From contig NZ_CP011034.1 of the NCBI RefSeq assembly GCF_001465295.1, positions 30,001-62,000 on the forward strand: 32,000 nt of DNA. Direction: 5' to 3'. Under the pieces are notes generated by a model that worked only from the letters and a program-made list of their open reading frames with translations, had not been told where the DNA came from and ran no database searches. Source of the DNA: Pseudoalteromonas translucida KMM 520 (GTDB lineage: Bacteria > Pseudomonadota > Gammaproteobacteria > Enterobacterales > Alteromonadaceae). The position numbers and the translations under genes are program-made. Positions 29,168-32,000 of this stretch are shown piece after piece; the stretch's first letter is position 1; each line of letters opens with the position of its first letter.

Positions 29168-29226
29168 TGCAGCAAGCAGTGGGAGCTAAATAAGAAGCTT
29201 TATTTAGTGGTTGGGTGCTTGCTGCA
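29168..29226 (-). terminator. Long compound hairpin downstream of the 46-codon ORF (putative terminator or structured RNA)
   Basis: The outer 11-bp stem is TGCAGCAAGCA / TGCTTGCTGCA. The inner 8-bp stem is CTAAATAA / TTATTTAG around the loop GAAGCT. On the minus strand it is followed by the T-rich AACCTATTTAATTTTA. Confidence 0.45.
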
Positions 29227-29252
29227 CCGTATAAATAGTCATGGTTGTGTGA

Positions 29253-29393
29253 CTATTTATATTGAGCTGTGCTACCAAGAGCGAGTCTTTTACCGAAGCG
29301 ATTAAGCTTTGCTAACATTTTAGCTTTACGGTTTGTTGGTTTAACGGCAATGTGAGTAGCAGCTGTTTCATTTAATGTGTTAATTGGATTCAT
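29253..29393 (-). CDS. Unlisted small ORF, 46 aa, basic (MNPINTLNETAATHIAVKPTNRKAKMLAKLNRFGKRLALGSTAQYK)
   Basis: Translated by hand; it falls below the ORF-track size cutoff. ATG at 29393 is preceded by GGAG with a 7-nt spacer, and a TAG stop is at 29253. A strong hairpin lies 26 nt downstream. I recognised no family. Confidence 0.4.
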   Translation of the reverse strand: MNPINTLNETAATHIAVKPTNRKAKMLAKLNRFGKRLALGSTAQYK

Positions 29394-29892
29394 TACTTAA
29401 CTCCGAGTTGTGGTTGGTGAAAACGGGGGCATTCTGCCTCTTAATTGTTTAAAAATAAAGCGATAAAAATTGAGCCCGAAGCATTAGTTATTTTAATCTG
29501 AAAGGGTTTTATTAACCTGCCGTTCACTTGGTGGGGTTGGGTGTTTTTGCATTTTTATTCACGCCGTTAGTTTTTAAATCCCTTTTGTTGTGGGGTCTCT
29601 GTATTTGTTTTTATTTTTTAATGCGATAAAAGCAGGGTTTTTTGGTTATTTATTCAGATTAAATTATTTTAATTAAATGATTTTTTATGCTGTTTAATTA
29701 GTGTTTATAAAATTAACTTTATGAGCGTTAAAAAATTATCAGTAAAGTGCTAAAAAAAGTTGGTGTAATTCACTTTATATTTGCATTGCTTGGATGAGTT
29801 ACCATTTTTTTTAGCAAAATGGTGTTTTTAATAAAGTTGCTATTACTAGGTGTTATAACGAGCACTTGGCTGCCATTTTTATATTAACCAAT

Positions 29893-29925
29893 AAAAAAGC
29901 GCCTACTTTACAGTAGGCGCTTTTG
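29893..29925 (-). terminator. Rho-independent terminator of the EamA transporter gene (bidirectional shape)
   Basis: AAAAAA-GCGCCTACT-ttac-AGTAGGCGC-TTTT. On the minus strand the stem is followed by TTTTTT. It lies about 25 nt after the stop at 29949. Confidence 0.8.
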
Positions 29926-29948
29926 CGTTAGTTGCGTTAATAACGCGT

Positions 29949-30878
29949 CTAACTGGGGACAGAGCCTCTTCTAGCAACCGCTCTGTTTGCTAAAAAGGCA
30001 TTAATTCGTTTTGTTGGGGTAAGCACTATGGCGTTACCAAGTAGTACTAAGCTAAACCCTGCAAAGGTATTTGCGTGCCATTCAAAGCCTTCATAAAAGC
30101 TGCTTAGTGTTACCGCAACTAAAGGAAACAGTACGATGACATAGCTGGCTTTTTCGGGACCAATATTTTTTAACAGTGCAAAGTAACAAGCAAAGGCGAT
30201 TACAGTGCCAAAAATAGATAAGTACAATAATGACAGCCAATAGCTAGTAGGTGCAGTAAAATTAAATTGCACGTCGCTCATAAATACATATAAGGCTAAG
30301 CCAATGGCACTGTATAACATGCCCCAAGCATTACCTTGTAACACACCAATTTGTTTGCGTGAATTACGTACACTTACCATGTTTCCTAATGAAGCCACAA
30401 AGGTGCCGCCAAGAGCAAGTAGTAACCCGACGAATGCACTGTTACTCAAGTTGAGTTGCTGTAATTGTGGCCAAAACAGGCAGGTTATACCTAAAATGGC
30501 AAGTACAGCACCGGTATAAATTCGTTTTGAAATAGGTTTGCCAAAAAATAATCGGGTATTAACTATATTCATTACTAATAGCATTGAAAAAGCAATCGAG
30601 GTCATTGCAGAGCTAAGATGATTTTGTGCCCAGTAAAGCATTAAGTAATTTAGACCAAAGTTAAACAGGGCCAATAATACGAAAAAACCATGATCGACTA
30701 AATTAAATCGCATCTTGGGTTTTTTGTATGCCACATATAACCACATTAATAATGCCGCGATTGCAAAACGATAAAATAGCGATAGTTCAACAGCAATATC
30801 GCCTAGCTGAAACTCTATGGCCAACCAGGTTGAGCCCCAAATTAAAACAGTTGTTATATATAGTGCTGCACTTTTCAA
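29949..30878 (-). CDS. EamA/DMT-superfamily transporter
   Basis: 309 aa with about 10 TM helices in two EamA-like halves (IWGSTWLAIEF near the N-terminus). TTG start at 30878 with GGAGAG 5 nt upstream. Confidence 0.85.
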   Translation of the reverse strand: MKSAALYITTVLIWGSTWLAIEFQLGDIAVELSLFYRFAIAALLMWLYVAYKKPKMRFNLVDHGFFVLLALFNFGLNYLMLYWAQNHLSSAMTSIAFSMLLVMNIVNTRLFFGKPISKRIYTGAVLAILGITCLFWPQLQQLNLSNSAFVGLLLALGGTFVASLGNMVSVRNSRKQIGVLQGNAWGMLYSAIGLALYVFMSDVQFNFTAPTSYWLSLLYLSIFGTVIAFACYFALLKNIGPEKASYVIVLFPLVAVTLSSFYEGFEWHANTFAGFSLVLLGNAIVLTPTKRINAFLANRAVARRGSVPS

Positions 30879-30919
30879 TACTGCTCTCCAAAGTCGATTA
30901 AGCTGCTATTTTAAAGCTT

Positions 30920-30969
30920 ATCTGTATACTTACTATATACAGAAAATGAAATATGTAACCTATACAGAT
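30920..30969. promoter_or_regulatory. Three TATACAGA(T) motifs (one inverted, two direct) in the eamA / mocR-like intergenic region; candidate MocR operator
   Basis: ATCTGTATA (30920-30928, inverted), TATACAGA (30936-30943) and TATACAGAT (30961-30969). The last ends 10 nt before the regulator's ATG. Confidence 0.45.
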
Positions 30970-30979
30970 TGAGGGTGTG

Positions 30980-32000
30980 ATGATTTTAAAAGCGGTTAGC
31001 CATCAGGGGCATGAGTTTTTGTACCAGCAAGTTATTCAGCTGATCAGGGATATGAGTGCTCAACAGGCTTTATTGCCTGGAGAAAAGCTGCCGTCATTAC
31101 GTAAAATGGCTAGCAACCTCAATATAAGTATTCCTACGGTAAAGCAGGCCTATCAAGCGCTAGAAGATCAGGGGGTTATAGAGGCACGCGAAAAATCAGG
31201 CTACTTTTTAAAAGCCGTTAACATGGCAAGCAGCTTACCAAAACGGGTTAAGTTAAGCCGCGAGCCTGTGATTGTAAACAAGCAGGCGCTGATTGAGCAG
31301 GTATACACAGCCATTCATCAGGCCCATGTGGTGCCTTTTGGAGTAGCTAACCCGGTTGCTGCGGCACCAACCGATAAAGCCTTAGCCAGAAATATGCGCC
31401 GAGTAATGACACTTGCCGGTAGTAGCGCTATTAATTACGGGCCACTGGATGGTTATGCACCGTTAAAAAAGCAGCTTATTCATCGCTATTTAGACTTTGG
31501 CATTGGTATTAATATGGATGAAATGGTGATCACTAATGGTGCGCAAGAAGCACTGGCAATTGCACTCAAATGCGTAACTAAGCCCGGTGATGTAGTGGCC
31601 ATAGAGAGCCCTTGTTATCACGGAATTATAGAGTTAATAGAAAGTTTAGGCCTTAAAGCACTAGAAATACCTTTATGCCCAGATAATGGTATTTGGCTAA
31701 ACGATTTAGCGCAGGCGCTTAATGAGCACGATATTAAAGCGTGTTTATTTTCTACGGCTATTAGTAATCCGGTTGGTAGTTTTATGCCAGATGAAAATCG
31801 AGAACAACTGGTGGAACTAGTTGAAAGCCATAACGTAGTGCTCATTGAAGATGACGTATATGGTGACCTATACTTTACACCCAAACGAGGTACACCGGCT
31901 ATAGCGTATTCCAAAAAAGGCTTGGTGCTAAGTTGTTCGTCTTTTTCTAAAACGGCTGCCCCTAGTTATCGAGTTGGTTGGCTTATTGCGGGAAAATTTG
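30980..32000 (+). CDS. MocR/GabR-type regulator (GntR wHTH + aminotransferase class I/II-like PLP domain), 3' end cut by the window edge
   Basis: Translated by hand, since it is not in the track and has no stop within the window. It has a GntR-type HTH (LPSLRKMASNLNISIPTVKQAYQALEDQGVIEAREKSGYF), a linker, then an AAT-like domain with ITNGAQEAL, IEDDVYGDL and the PLP-lysine motif SSFSKTAAPSYRVGW. Divergent from the EamA transporter. Confidence 0.88.
   Translation, partial: MILKAVSHQGHEFLYQQVIQLIRDMSAQQALLPGEKLPSLRKMASNLNISIPTVKQAYQALEDQGVIEAREKSGYFLKAVNMASSLPKRVKLSREPVIVNKQALIEQVYTAIHQAHVVPFGVANPVAAAPTDKALARNMRRVMTLAGSSAINYGPLDGYAPLKKQLIHRYLDFGIGINMDEMVITNGAQEALAIALKCVTKPGDVVAIESPCYHGIIELIESLGLKALEIPLCPDNGIWLNDLAQALNEHDIKACLFSTAISNPVGSFMPDENREQLVELVESHNVVLIEDDVYGDLYFTPKRGTPAIAYSKKGLVLSCSSFSKTAAPSYRVGWLIAGKF

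Overview
This looks like a chromosomal segment of an AT-rich, marine-type gammaproteobacterium. The rRNA sequence and gene content look Alteromonadales / Pseudoalteromonas-like, but that is inference only, since no search was run. Layout: (1) nt 1-4227 is a conserved housekeeping block: yrdD (5' partial)-tsaC-hemF, a convergent group II truncated haemoglobin, aroE-yrdB, and convergent yrdA. (2) nt ~4390-10204 is a complete rrn operon with tandem promoters P1/P2, boxA elements, 16S, tRNA-Ile(GAT), tRNA-Ala(TGC), 23S, 5S and a terminator. (3) nt 10464-16289 is a seven-gene plus-strand cluster and the most system-like, least understood part of the window. It combines a lipoprotein, a multi-DUF350 membrane protein, a membrane-anchored spermidine-synthase-like enzyme, YjfI / YjfJ (PspA-IM30) / YjfK homologues, and a small tandem ribbon-helix-helix-like protein. 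(4) Next come two tandem paralogous 6-Cys lipoproteins, a class II fumarase with a Fur-box-like site, and a DUF938 methyltransferase. (5) A minus-strand operon encodes a hybrid MASE1-CHASE sensor kinase, a secreted alpha/beta hydrolase and a FemAB-like acyltransferase. It is preceded by an Lrp/AsnC regulator that is divergent from an IDO/PrnB-like haem protein plus a kynureninase-like PLP enzyme, a candidate non-canonical kynurenine-type pathway. (6) The right end holds a tRNA-Ser(GCT)/tRNA-Ser(TGA) locus with a perfect 66-bp direct repeat and tRNA debris, an unlisted 46-codon ORF in a long AT-rich spacer, and a divergent EamA transporter / MocR-type regulator pair (3' partial). I saw no CRISPR array, transposase, integrase or recognisable phage-defence hallmark gene. 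All family calls come from reading motifs and from remembered families, not from database searches.
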